This document shows positions 37,476 through 49,129 of a stretch of DNA of 64,000 nt, piece after piece; the stretch's first letter is position 1, and each line of letters opens with the position of its first letter. The DNA is from Bacilli bacterium. Lineage in GTDB: Bacteria > Bacillota_I > Bacilli_A > RFN20 > CAG-826. Made by a program: the position numbers and the translations under genes. The notes beneath the pieces were generated by a model. That model was given only the letters and a program-made list of their open reading frames with translations, had not been told where the DNA came from and ran no database searches. The DNA lies in NCBI GenBank assembly GCA_045598525.1, contig JAZLMH010000023.1:10004-74003 (forward strand), read 5' to 3'.

Positions 37476-38548
37476 TGATTAAAGCAATATTATTCGTTAT
37501 TTCCATTGCCGTTATTGGCGTTTGCATTGTAGTGCTTGGAATCACTACAAACAAAAAAACAAAAAAACAAGGAGGCAAGGCTCCAATAGTCGCCTCTTCT
37601 GTGCTCGCTGGAGCAGTTCTTTTCTCTCTTCTTGTCCCAGGTTCTTTCCACCAAGTTGAAGCAGGAACGTACGCCGTAGTAAAAGAACTTGGGAAGATCG
37701 TCGATGTCAGAACTCCAGGCACCTATTTCGATTTCTATATGCTTAGAACATATGACATTTATGACGCAACGGTGCAGCAAGTCAAAATAACCACTTCCGC
37801 TTATTCAAAAGACGGTCAGACAATGGATCTTGAGGTTTATCTCCAATACCAGATTCAATTAGACAAGCTCATAGTCAAAAACGAAAAAGGCGAAATAATC
37901 CAAACCGAAGGCATCGCTGGAAAATATGTCACAATCAGCTCACTTCAAGACCGCATCGAGACACAGTGCATTGAAAAGACTAAATCAGTTATGTCTAGCG
38001 CAGAAGCAATGACAATAATCCAAGATAGAGCCGTCTTCTCCGAATTAGTGTCAGTCACAGTTAGAGACGCCATCGGTCCAGACTATTACGTTAATGTCCA
38101 AGACGTTGTCTTAACAAACATCGACTTCACACCAGAATTCGAAAAATCAGTCGAAGATAAAGTCGTGGCAGAACAACAAAAGCAAGCTTCAATTACCAAA
38201 GCTGAAGCAGAACTCGAAGTTGCTAAAATCGAAGCACAAAAAGAGATTGAGGAAGCGAAAGGCAATGCTGAAGCACAATTAATCGCTGCAGAAGCTGCAG
38301 CAAAAGCAGCAACAGCAAAGATCATCGAGCTTGCTAGAACGGTTGGCTATGAAATCCAGGAGACCACAAACACAGAGGGAATAACAACATATAAGATCGT
38401 TATCCCAACAGGAGATGAAGCAAACTTCAAAAAGCTTGTTTTAGATTACCTTGAATATCTTGCGTACCTCGAACAATGGAATGGTGAGCTTCCAGAAGTC
38501 GTTGCAGGCGAAGATGCAATTAGCATCATCGTACCTGGAAACAACTAA
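37476..38548 (+). CDS. SPFH/band-7 (prohibitin/flotillin-like) membrane protein
   Basis: The start was revised to the ATG at 37476, which has AGGAGG 8 nt upstream; the track start 37412 lacks an RBS. It has an N-terminal TM, an SPFH core and a C-terminal Ala/Glu/Lys-rich coiled coil. Confidence 0.8.
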
Positions 38549-38614
38549 GAAAAATAGCAACTGTTACTGGTTTGCCTAAGTTGACCAAAACCTTTATTTG
38601 CATACAATATATGC

Positions 38615-39436
38615 ATGAACTTATTGGAGATTATCAAAAAATTCTTAGGCTTAATTGACGCAGAAAACGGCAACTATCTTGATTTAACTCATATTATTAT
38701 CGCTTCTATTGTAACTGTGGTTACCACTTTCCTCGGTTTCTATCTGGGGTTCAAAAACAGGAACAAAAGCGAAAAAGATAAAACTAAGCTTATACTTCCT
38801 TTCTCGATTGCGATGTGGATCTTAATGATTCTCCGTTTCATCATGATTGTTGTTAGAGGATATAACTTTGGAGAAAACGGGTTCATGAACCTTGTTGAGG
38901 GAAATCTTCCGCTTTTCTTATGTGACATCCAGTATTTTGCTCTTATTGCCATTTGCTTTGGGAAAGGCGAAACGAAGAAGATCGGATTAGATTTCTGTCT
39001 ATGTCTTGGGCTTCTTTCTTTCGCGATGGGCGTCTGGCTAAACGCAGGAACGTTTAGTAACAATCCATGGTGGTCTTCATGCTACTTCTATGAGATGGCG
39101 GTTCACGCAATCCCTGGAGGCATTTCGCTATACATCCTCGCGTCTAATATGACTTCGCTCAAATTCAAAGACATCTGGAAGACTCTTGCCGTTCTTCTCG
39201 TCTTTGAGATCGTTGCCCTCGTTTTTGATTACACGCTTAATTCAAACTACATGTTCTTTAAGAGAGACTCAGGCACACCGTTCTTCATCTTCACGGACCT
39301 AGCAAACGGAAATCAAATTCTCTATTCCTTCTTCGTTTGGTTAGGCATGACCTTATACGTTGCCTTATATTACGGAATTTGGGAATTAGTAATTTTCGTA
39401 TCAAATAAGGCAAAAAGACAACGCAAAACCAATTAA
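38615..39436 (+). CDS. Integral membrane protein with an LPLFLC motif; paralog of 30709..31434
   Basis: 273 aa and multi-TM. The shared LPL[HF]LC motif and similar hydropathy mark the two as paralogs. Confidence 0.5.
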   Translation: MNLLEIIKKFLGLIDAENGNYLDLTHIIIASIVTVVTTFLGFYLGFKNRNKSEKDKTKLILPFSIAMWILMILRFIMIVVRGYNFGENGFMNLVEGNLPLFLCDIQYFALIAICFGKGETKKIGLDFCLCLGLLSFAMGVWLNAGTFSNNPWWSSCYFYEMAVHAIPGGISLYILASNMTSLKFKDIWKTLAVLLVFEIVALVFDYTLNSNYMFFKRDSGTPFFIFTDLANGNQILYSFFVWLGMTLYVALYYGIWELVIFVSNKAKRQRKTN

Positions 39437-39525
39437 GAAGAGCCTCCTATAAATTGGAGGCTTTTAAGTTGCTTTTTTCCAAATACAATATTTATGTCGC
39501 GAATAGATGACAGGAGGTTAAAAAG

Positions 39526-41409
39526 ATGAAGAAAACCATATTAATCGCAAGCGCATTTGCGCTTCTTACCTTAACTGCTTGTGGAAATGTAGAAGCTTCT
39601 TCTTCACAAAAAGAACACGTTATTTTGGGTTCTCAAAACGAGACACAGTTAACATTCGAACAAAATTACATTGAAAGCGAAGTCCCATATCAAGCCGGTG
39701 CAAAATTCGCTCTTTCTATCTTTACCCATGTTGGTTCCATTTGTGCTGGTGTCGGCTTTAATTCTCCAGTAGCCGTTGTCAGTGGAGTGTTTGGAATCCT
39801 TAATACAATCAGTGACACTTTCTGTTCATCAAGCGCACCAACAACTAAAGACATAATGGACAAGCTCAATGAAATGGACACAAAGCTTGACGCAATAAAT
39901 GCGACCCTCAACGAAAACCATAATCAGCTTTTAAGCGAAACAGTTAGAACTCAAGCTATGGTCAGTCAGGTTCTTCTTGAAGAGCAAGAAAGTGCAATTT
40001 CTGACTTCTACACAACCCATGTGATGCCAATTGAGAATCAGCAAAGAGACTTTACAGATTATTTAGAGCAATCTCTTAAAACGTTTGTCTCTGCCCCACA
40101 AACCGTTTCATTCTACGTTCATAAAAACCAAGAAAACGTCTGGGCATATAATTCTTTATTGGATGTCGAATCCGCAAAAGAACTAGAAGTAACAATCAAT
40201 ATTGAGAAATTCGACCACACTTCAGAATTCTTAGAAAAGAACTTCAATACAGTAACAGAAGGTTTTATGGATAATCTTTTTAGAGACTTAGAAATCGGAG
40301 TTGGATCTGCAAGTCTCCCAGAAGGATTAAAAGCCAAAGACGCTACAAATTATTTAGCAGGCAATATCATCGAGGACATAACAAAAAAATACTACGTCGA
40401 ACAACATGATAAAGCTTTGAAGTTACGCAATGACGTTATCAATTATTCCAAAGCCATCTCTGGCAAGGCAGTCAAAAGCATCATCGATAGATACATAACA
40501 AGATTGAAATACATGTATAACTTCGAAGGCGAAATTAAAGAGACTGTCACAGATTTATTAAGCAACATGAAACAGGCTCTTAAAACCAATGCTGCCTTAG
40601 CTTCTCAAGCTTGTGCATACGCTAGTGTAAACCAAGATGAACTCAGAAGCGAATTCGTCGCTGCAGAGAACGCAATTAAAACAAAATTTGAAGCAGAAAA
40701 GGCTATCAAAGATGGTTATTGTTTCTTAACAGACACCATAATCGGAGGCGGTTTTTATAGAGGGCGTTTCGAAACAAGTTATAAAAACAAAGGAAACGAC
40801 TGCACATTCAAAGCAGAATTCAAACTAGACAAAGTTGTTAGCTGGTCTAAATCAACTGCTCTTAAAGAAGATGATATTACCAAACACAACTTCATCGACA
40901 GCGTTGACCATTTAAGAATCAGCTACAGAATGGGGTTGATGAGACAATTAGGCCTTGTTGAGCCAACAGCAAATTATATTGAGTACTTAGTCGGCACTGG
41001 AGCAATTCCAGAAGATGATTATGAGAACTTCAAAATACTTCGTGATGATAAATGGTTATCAAGCGACGCATTAAGATTCATCACAAATCTCACAACAAGA
41101 TCTATGAACGACGGAGATAAAGGATTCAGCCTCACATGTAATGAAGCGGGCAACCCAGATGGAGATTACTTCAATGTCGGATGGACTGGAACATTTAGAT
41201 CAAGTAGAACTTCTAGCTGCTGGAATGGAAATATTGCAGAAACAACATTCGTAGACGCAATTTCAGGCGAAATCCAAACAAACAAAAGAGTCGCTGCTTA
41301 TGCAACATATGCAGAGAGCCACTGGAATTGGATTAATGATGAGTATTGGTCCTTCGTTGATAATCCAGTAGGTAATTACTTCTTCGGGCTTGAACATATG
41401 GCTCAATAG
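39526..41409 (+). CDS. Lipoprotein, 627 aa, function unknown
   Basis: The signal has an LTAC lipobox and GGT/AGGAGG-like RBS (caggaggttaaaaag) lies upstream. No enzymatic motif was recognised. Confidence 0.5.
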   Translation: MKKTILIASAFALLTLTACGNVEASSSQKEHVILGSQNETQLTFEQNYIESEVPYQAGAKFALSIFTHVGSICAGVGFNSPVAVVSGVFGILNTISDTFCSSSAPTTKDIMDKLNEMDTKLDAINATLNENHNQLLSETVRTQAMVSQVLLEEQESAISDFYTTHVMPIENQQRDFTDYLEQSLKTFVSAPQTVSFYVHKNQENVWAYNSLLDVESAKELEVTINIEKFDHTSEFLEKNFNTVTEGFMDNLFRDLEIGVGSASLPEGLKAKDATNYLAGNIIEDITKKYYVEQHDKALKLRNDVINYSKAISGKAVKSIIDRYITRLKYMYNFEGEIKETVTDLLSNMKQALKTNAALASQACAYASVNQDELRSEFVAAENAIKTKFEAEKAIKDGYCFLTDTIIGGGFYRGRFETSYKNKGNDCTFKAEFKLDKVVSWSKSTALKEDDITKHNFIDSVDHLRISYRMGLMRQLGLVEPTANYIEYLVGTGAIPEDDYENFKILRDDKWLSSDALRFITNLTTRSMNDGDKGFSLTCNEAGNPDGDYFNVGWTGTFRSSRTSSCWNGNIAETTFVDAISGEIQTNKRVAAYATYAESHWNWINDEYWSFVDNPVGNYFFGLEHMAQ

Positions 41410-41443
41410 CAAAACAAAACGCCATCCCAGATAGGTTGGCGTG
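41410..41443 (-). terminator. Terminator between convergent genes, stronger on the minus strand
   Basis: An acgcca / tggcgt stem with a 12 nt loop is followed on the minus strand by UUUUGUUUUG. Confidence 0.45.
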
Positions 41444-41475
41444 TTCAATATCTTTAGATTCGTGTGATTTTATAA

Positions 41476-42633
41476 CTATTTTTTGATTATCGACACCAGT
41501 CTATTGACGTTATCTTCAGTCATCCCACCTTGAATAAGATATTCTTTAGCGGCTTCATCAAGTGATTTCTTGTTTGATGAGAACAATCTTTCCGATGGTC
41601 CTCTATCTCCAAGGAAGGAGCCGTCATGAGTTGGAGTGAGCAAGTTAATAAAGTCTTTGAAACGTAAGTCCACTATCGCATCGTACTTGTCTTTGGATTT
41701 CGTCTTGTTGATGCCGTAATAGTTGTCATACGTGATCATATAATCGTTTTCAAGTTCTTCATAAGATGCGCCAGATAACGCTTCTAATAAATAACAAACA
41801 AAGCCAGTCCTATCCTTGCCTTCGGTGCAATGAATGTAATAAGGGCTATCGTGTTTAACAAGCTCTGTAAGACCAATTGCTAATTTTTCTTGGAATACGC
41901 TGGATGTGAAATCAACGCCCATATCAAGAAGGGCAACGTTTCCTTCGTTATAAAGGTTTAATGAATATTGGGAATTAAATGATTCGCTAACAATGTACGA
42001 TTCCATTTCTTCTTGGCTATCAGCAAGATCGAGGACGAATTTAACCCCTGCTTCTTCAATAAGGTTATTTGCAAATGACGCTCTATTATGTTGGTTATCA
42101 ACTGGAGAAGCCCCTCTATAGAACAAATTGCTTTTCATAGTAGAAACTTCCATTGGTCTAAAGTTTGCAAACACTTCGTTAGTGGAATAGTCGTTTCTAT
42201 TGTCTGAATACTTTGTTGAGAAGGTTTCTTGCTCGACTAAATATTTTCCCTTTTCCTTGAGGGTTATGGTCATTTTATCTCCATCCTTCAATTCAAGGTT
42301 TTGATAACAATCCGCTTTGTTGTTTGTAGCAAAATCGATATAAGGGTATCCAGGATATCCAATTACAAGAGGTGCGCCAGCTTTAACGTAATATCCATCA
42401 TAAAAAGGTATATCTTCATATGAATAGCCGGTTGAAAAGGTGACATTAACGCTATCTCCAAAATCAAACCCTTTTCTCATGAATTCTTCGATTGTGAGAT
42501 CGCCATATACGGAATCGAATTTTGTTTCATGGATGACAGACATTTCTGCTGTTGCTGCCTTCGTGTTTGTGTTGCCACATCCAGCAAGAACAAACAGGGA
42601 TGTTGCGAAAGCGATAATTATTTTATGTTTCAT
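41476..42633 (-). CDS. Secreted lipoprotein with a C-terminal protein-tyrosine-phosphatase-like (CX5R) domain, PTP-like phytase / dual-specificity type
   Basis: 385 aa. The signal has an LAGC lipobox and the P-loop HCTEGKDRTG is present. Confidence 0.6.
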   Translation of the reverse strand: MKHKIIIAFATSLFVLAGCGNTNTKAATAEMSVIHETKFDSVYGDLTIEEFMRKGFDFGDSVNVTFSTGYSYEDIPFYDGYYVKAGAPLVIGYPGYPYIDFATNNKADCYQNLELKDGDKMTITLKEKGKYLVEQETFSTKYSDNRNDYSTNEVFANFRPMEVSTMKSNLFYRGASPVDNQHNRASFANNLIEEAGVKFVLDLADSQEEMESYIVSESFNSQYSLNLYNEGNVALLDMGVDFTSSVFQEKLAIGLTELVKHDSPYYIHCTEGKDRTGFVCYLLEALSGASYEELENDYMITYDNYYGINKTKSKDKYDAIVDLRFKDFINLLTPTHDGSFLGDRGPSERLFSSNKKSLDEAAKEYLIQGGMTEDNVNRLVSIIKK

Positions 42634-42706
42634 AATTTTAGCTAACCTCTACGCCGCTCATAATAAACTCAAAAGAGGCAAAAATAAACATAAGTTAAAA
42701 ACGCAT

Positions 42707-45700
42707 TTAACCTGGAAGACCAGCCAAGGCTTTTGAACGATCGCTAAATAACTTGAAGTCTTGCCTTGTTTCGCCATACGTCCAATATTTAATTGCGGTA
42801 TTAGCATTTGAAACATCGGCTTTGGTTTCAGCGTAATAATATACGGTGCAGTTCTTTTTAGAGTTGGCTGGGTAATGAACCGTTGCGTCATATTGGATGC
42901 CACCTGCGACATTTGGAACCTGATGGGAAGCTTGGCACGCTCTTTCGCCAACAAGCAAACTGCATGTTGGGAATATTTCTACATTAGGTAATGTGATTTT
43001 TGATATTTTTGTGGCGTCATTTCCTGTTGTGTCAGGAAGGTGGACATATTTGATTAATGAGCATTCTGTAAATGCCTTTTGACCAATGTGAGTAAGATTT
43101 GTTGAGTTTCTTAAATCGACAACACCATCTGTTTTGGTTGTAGGCTTAGGCAAGGTTGTGAGTGTTGGGTTCATATAATATCTGTAATCTGGTTGCGAAT
43201 CATTCATCTTTGATAAAACATTATCGCCAAAGAATGCATTCTCCCCTATCTCACGAATGCTTGTTAATTGGGTGAAATCAAAAGTGGTTAGAAGTTTGTT
43301 TCTCATAAACGCACCCTTTTGCGAGGCGCCATTATATGTGACGTTGTTTGTCATTGGATGGCTTGATTGCCACGCTTCAGGATCGCTTGAATCTAAATGA
43401 GGACCGTTAATGTATTTTAAGCCAGACAAATCGCCTTTAATTTCTGTAAGAAGAGGATTTGCCGCAACACCATAACCATAAATTGTTGTTAATGAGCTTG
43501 GGATTGTAACTGATGTTGCAGCAGTACCAAAAATACCTTCAGCGTTAATGTATTTAGTACCTGGTTCAATTACAAAATTACCAGTTGTCTGTTTTTGAAT
43601 GGTGTATAAGAGGCCAACATGGTTGCCATTCTCATCATAATACAAGGTGTCCCCTACCCAAGAAGTGTTATTAAGGGTGAATCCTGTTTTATCAAAATAT
43701 TCAATCTTTGAACTAACTGTGTGTCCTGTTGTGGATGATGTGATCTTTGCCATGGTCGAGAAAGAAGAAACATCAAAAGTCGTCATCGCTGAATCAGTAG
43801 ACACGCTTACAAAACCGTTATTAAAGAATGCGAATTTTCCAACTTTTGTGCATGATGCTGGGAGTCTACAATATGCAGATTGGCCATTAGGATCTTGTTG
43901 GATGACATCCCCTACTTTATAAGTAAGAACAGTAAGAACTGTACTTGGCAAAGATCCGCCAGAATCATATGTTGAGAAGAACGATCTATCGCCAATCTCC
44001 TCTAATGTATCCGGCAAATATACTTTTTGTATGCCTTTTCCACCAAACACAAAGTCGCCAATCCTTTTAATTGGGGTAGGCGTATTTAGGGTTGTCAAAT
44101 CGATGGTCGTTTGAGAGCCAAAGTATTGTGTGATAGTCGTTCCGCCGTTTTCCTGAATCGTAGCAAATTTGCCGTTGTCATAATACGTAACGCCTGTTTC
44201 TAAATCATCTAATACGTATAATGGGCAAGGTCCTGCGCTGTTTTCAGAGTTTGTTGGTTTGACGTTCGAGTTGGTTGATTCTTGTAAGTAACCAGACTCA
44301 GGGTTTAACCAACTTTTATCTGCTGGTTCTCTGTCTGTGTATACGACAACCGAGTTATGGCCTAATAATGTTTTTTCCCATCCAAAGCTAGAGGATGTAT
44401 TGAACCTAAGGTTAAGGAAAATTTCCTGAAGGTTTGTTCCTGAGAAAACGCTGTTTTTGAACGTCTTTAAACAAGAGCTGCTTCTAAAACTCTTTAGGTT
44501 GGCACAGCCATAAAAAGCTTTGTCGTTAAAAGATATCTGAGACATATTGTCATTGGTTAGCCCATGAACGCCATGTTGGCATTCCGTCATTACCACTTTT
44601 TCAATCGATAAGGCATTAAGGAACGCAGAGTTACCTACGGCATAATTGCCACTACCTCCAGCCAAAGAAGCGGTACCATCATTTAAAGAACAAGGTAATT
44701 CTAAAGTGAATTTGGAAGTTGCGTCCTTCCCTAAATTCTCAAAACAGTTGTTACCAATATCGACAAGAGAACAATCAGCAGTTGGGTCTGTTTTAAAAGA
44801 AAGATAGCTGACTTTGTATAAGTTTTTAAAGCAGGAACTCCAGAAATAAGTGAGTGAATTTGGAAGTATCAATTCTTCCATCTTATTGTTTCCATCGTCT
44901 CCAAACTGATACCAGCCAATTTCTTTTAATTCAGTACAGTTTTCATACCTTAACTGCTAAATATTAGAGCATCCTCTATAAGCGCTATACCAAACTCTGA
45001 CCAAGCTGCTGTTATGAATAATGCCCTTTAATTCTTTGTGTCCATCAAACGCTCTAGGACCAATAACGGCCAATGGATACATCTTGTTGGTTTTTTCATC
45101 ATAAACATAATCAGGCAATGTGATTATTTGGTTATGCATGAAGCCCTCAACGTCTTCTGTTTCCGTGCGGTCATACGAAATCAACGTTGCGTAGTCGTAG
45201 TTTGTTTTCCAGTTTGTTTTTCCTGACTCTGATTTAATTGTGGCTTTTTGTGAAAATGAGCAAAGCAGGCCTGGGCACTGATTGATGCTTGCGACATTAA
45301 CAACGTTATAAATAACGTCAATTTGCTTTGTGCTAGAGGTCCCAGAGTACAAGTAGTTGTAATAAGACCCAAATTTTGAAGGTTTGCTTGATGCTTGAAT
45401 GCTGATTGTCAAGTTATCACATTGCGTGAAAGCAAAATTCTCAATACATGTAACATTCTTTGGGATAAAGAACGATGTAAGGTTGCCACATTTAGAGAAT
45501 GCGTATGATCTTACTGTGATAGGGTTGTTTGGCAAAAATATGTATGGAAGTGCGTAGCAGTTTTCAAAAGCGCAGTTGCCAATTTCTAATATTGCTTGAG
45601 GGATTGTGAATCTTTTGAGTTTATAACATGATGCAAAAGCGTTGTTCTCAATGATTGTGATCTTGTTATTGATCGAGTCTTCGGGAAGGCCTTCATGAGC

Positions 45701-46177
45701 GTATTTAACGGATTCAAGGTTTCTACAGTCCATGAATGTAGCGCATTGGATTGAAGTAATGTTTTCTGGCAATGTTACTTCTTTTAAATTTACGCAGCAC
45801 ATGAATGCTTCAGGCTTAATTTCATCAATAGAGTTTGGAATATCTATTGCGGAGAAATCGCAATTTGAAAAACCGCCCGTAGAAATGCATTTGACTGTAT
45901 ACACATTTCCTTCAAACGAAAGAGATGAAGGGAGAGAAAGATGGGATGGAGTTGTGCTTCTGTCGTCGTTTGCCCAACCAACGGAAATAGACCCAGGATT
46001 ATTCTCTAGAGTTTTGCATGTATATTGATAACCATTAGAGTCGGTAGCGACAAATGAACTTTCTTCGTTTTCGATATAATAGGCAGCAAGGGCAAAAATG
46101 TTCTGAACATTTAAAACAATGAGGCCAAACAAAGCGACCGCTAATGTAATTATTTTTTGAAAAGTCTTCTTTTTCAT
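42707..46177 (-). pseudogene. BspA-type leucine-rich-repeat surface protein (~1155 aa) interrupted by a single in-frame TAG at 44957..44959
   Basis: The ORFs 44957..46177 (406 aa, with signal peptide) and 42707..44881 (724 aa, no signal, starting mid-repeat) are in the same frame. The 75 nt between them reads through as ...GCSNI*QLRYENCTELKEIGWYQFGDDGNNKMEELILPNSL..., continuing the LRR_5-type periodicity (IxxxAFxxCxxL). Confidence 0.6.
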
Positions 46178-46179
46178 TG

Positions 46180-49129
46180 CTATGCCCCTCCCCTATAACT
46201 GTTTCCTTTTTTCTGATACGTCGCGTTTAGAATGTGCGGCGCGTTATCTATTACGTAATAAGGCAAAACCTTTTTGTCTAAAATGAGCAAGAAATCAACA
46301 AAATTATTAGACGTTTCGTCAAATATAAGTTTCAAATAACCTTCATCGGAATTTGCAATGAACGACCCGTCTGCGATATTAAACTCAATGGTCATAGAGA
46401 CTTCTGAGAACTGAAGCTCCTGCCTTGAATAAACCAAAGGATCGTTCAATACGAAATCAACGTTTGCAATGGAGTTATCCATAAGTGGTCTATTGCTTGA
46501 GCCGATTGTGCCATCGTTTTGACCTTGGGCCGCCAAAAAGTAAATGTTTGCCGTTCCATTAGCAGCGCCAATGCAATATTCCCCTTGAGGTAATTTAAAG
46601 ATGTGAGCAAACAATCTTCCTGATCTTGTTAAGGTTTCAGGATTAACAACCGTTCTGTCGACAGCTTTGGTGTCTGTTGTGCCAGTTGCTGCGTCATATC
46701 TAAAATACCTACACATGTCGTTGCCTGCACCATTGTTGTGATACAAGTATTGATAAGTTGATTCGCTTGAGTGCATCGTGTACTTTTTTGTGAATGTTGA
46801 GTCGGGCGTGCTTGAATCAAACCCATAAATAGAAATGTCGTCTTTGTTGCCAATAACTGAGACGTTTGCGCCATTAGGGTTTTCAATTTTAAAAAGATAG
46901 CGTTTGATGGGTAATAAAGTTGCTGATCACCTGAAGTAAAGGCGAATTTTGTTTTAGGTATACCTACTGGCATGTACGAGGATAAGCCGTTTAAAATCTC
47001 GTTCTCACTGCTTCTTAACATGAAGCCAAATCTTTGTGTTCCAGGATTGATTGAAGAGCCATATTTATCGATCAACGTGTTCGAAAAATAGTTGGTTAAG
47101 AAAGAACTTTTAGTGTTATAGAAGAAGTTATTGCCGTGAGTGTTGCCGATATCAGCGATATTCATTTCGTAGATATAGTCAAAGTCTCTTTGGTAAAGAG
47201 GCGAGAACGTATTTACTGAACTCCAGTTTGGTTCAGCTCCAATATTGTCTAACTGGTTGTCTGAGGTATTCCATTTGTAATTTACGCCAAATTTTGTGTG
47301 GTCAATCTCGGCGGTTGAATAATAAACCTTTGTCTTAGGTGTCATCTCATTGATGATTTTGCTTGTGCCAATGCCATCAAGATAAAATTCGCCAATGTTT
47401 TCTGGCGTAATGATGTTATCGCTATGGCCGGTTGTTATTTTGAAAACGCCAAGACCTCTATCCTTTCCTTCTTCGTCAGAAATGACTTTGTTATTCGCAA
47501 AATCGACGGTGTTTACTTCTGAGTAATACTCTTTTGTGACTGTGAATGAGCCTGTTTTTGTTTGGTCTTTGCTTATTTTTGTAATGTAATGCTGAGGAAC
47601 GGCTGCGTCCTGACGTAAATATTCGCTATATAAGCCTTCATAATCCTTTATTTTGTCGTCATACATGATGTATGAGTGCTTTGTGCTTTCGTGGTAGCCA
47701 AAAGTAGCTGTAGTAGTTTGGTTGACCTCATAGTTGTCTCTGATAACGCCGTAAACTTTAGAGAAGTTCATGACACCTGTTTCGCCATGGAGCTGCAAAG
47801 AAATGTCGGGTGATATATCGTTTAAAACGCTTGTGCCGATTTCACCAATCAACCCTGTTTGTGATTCACTCTTAACTGCAGTCAAATCGCTGCTATTTAA
47901 GTTTAGAGCGCCATTATATAGGTAACAGTTATTGAGACTGCCATCAACATGGCCCGCAATATACCCAACGTTCGTACCGTGATGGTAGTTAGTGAAATCG
48001 CCTGCGACAAAATCACAATAAAGTGTCATGCTGTAGTTGCCTTCATCATAGGTTGAGCCATTGGAATTGATGCGGCATAAATATGTTTGAACAACCCTTG
48101 AATAGACATAGCCGTCAACAGTTATAGAAGCGATTAAAGACAGTCTTGTGTCAATATAGACATCTTCTGTGTTGAATTCTTCATAGTCTTTGAGCCTTGA
48201 GAAATTGACGAACGCTCTTTCTTCGCCATTCACTTCGCGTTTTTCTAACAACGTGGTAGAGAATCTCCAGTGATAATTAAACGCGGTGTCGTTAGGGTGA
48301 TATTCGGTGAAGTAAAAATCAGAATATTCAACTTCTTCTATCGTGTTTATATGATCATTGGAATTGATGCGTGAATACGATGTTGCGCCCAAACCATTAG
48401 GATTCTTTAATTCAATTGACGCTCCATCATATGAAAGTTTGAGGCCACCATCTTTAGCAAAACGTTCTGTTTCTGCGGCAAAAATGTCATCTACTTCGCT
48501 ACCAAACAATTGATCAACATTGCTGTTTCTTGAATCGTATCCCGTTGAATTAACTGTGAGGTCTTTAAATATAACGTTTTCTACCGATGCGTTAGAAGCA
48601 ACATAGCCAAAGACGCCAATATCTTCTGGATAACCTGTTATTTCAAGATTTGTGATTGGAATGTTATGGCCGTCAAAGTCTCCATAGAAAGGCGCGCTTT
48701 CACCCCCAATAGGTGGAAGTTCAATACCGCTCATTGAAGACATATCTAAATATTTTGTTAATTCTGTTTCACCATTATCACGAGGTATTATGCACTGGTA
48801 TCCTTCTGATTCACTGAAAACATGGCCAACCGTGAAATATGTTTTCTTTTCGAAAACCCCAAGGTTCTGAAGTCTTGTTAAGTTATAAAAGTGAATTGGG
48901 AAACGATTTCATAAGGGTTCTCTTGTGTGCCATTTCCATCATAGAAATAACTTCTTAAGCCAACCTCGCCACCAACAACTTGATCTTTCTCAACCGTTGG
49001 AACAGCTACGATAAACCACGCGAAAGTGCCAACTGCAATAGCGGCTGTTGAAAGCAAAGACAGGAATCCTATGACCAATGTTCTTAACTTGTTATTAGAC
49101 ACCATAACCAAACCTAAAAATATAGTCAT
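46180..49129 (-). pseudogene. Degraded paralog of the 17184..21206 giant protein, split into 3 ORFs by two frameshifts
   Basis: ORF 48878..49129 has the SipW-like signal VGTFAWF and NPYEIV. The frame switches at the plus-strand aaaa run at 48887..48890; the shifted frame gives FYNLTRLQNLGVF...LPPIGGESAPFYGDFDGHNIPITNLE, matching YNLAWLQEMGKF...LPPIGTPEYPFIGNFNGAGHTISGLK. A second shift near 46890..46930 restores ...IKRYLFKIENPNG, matching NNKLRIDPTN. The C-terminal ORF 46180..46776 matches the C-terminal region of the giant protein (GEYCIGAANGT... vs GEYAIASTPNS...). Confidence 0.65.

Noticed and set aside
44957-44959. In-frame TAG as a programmed readthrough or recoding site.
   Set aside because: No supporting context (no suppressor tRNA in the window, no conserved readthrough signals); a simpler explanation is a nonsense mutation or error in an already damaged locus.
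46895-46910. UUUUUAAAA stretch on the minus strand near the second frameshift as a programmed -1 ribosomal frameshift site.
   Set aside because: It is not a canonical X_XXY_YYZ heptamer in the incoming frame. Homology places the frame change upstream of it, and the same locus carries another frameshift and a nonsense codon, which favours decay or sequencing error.
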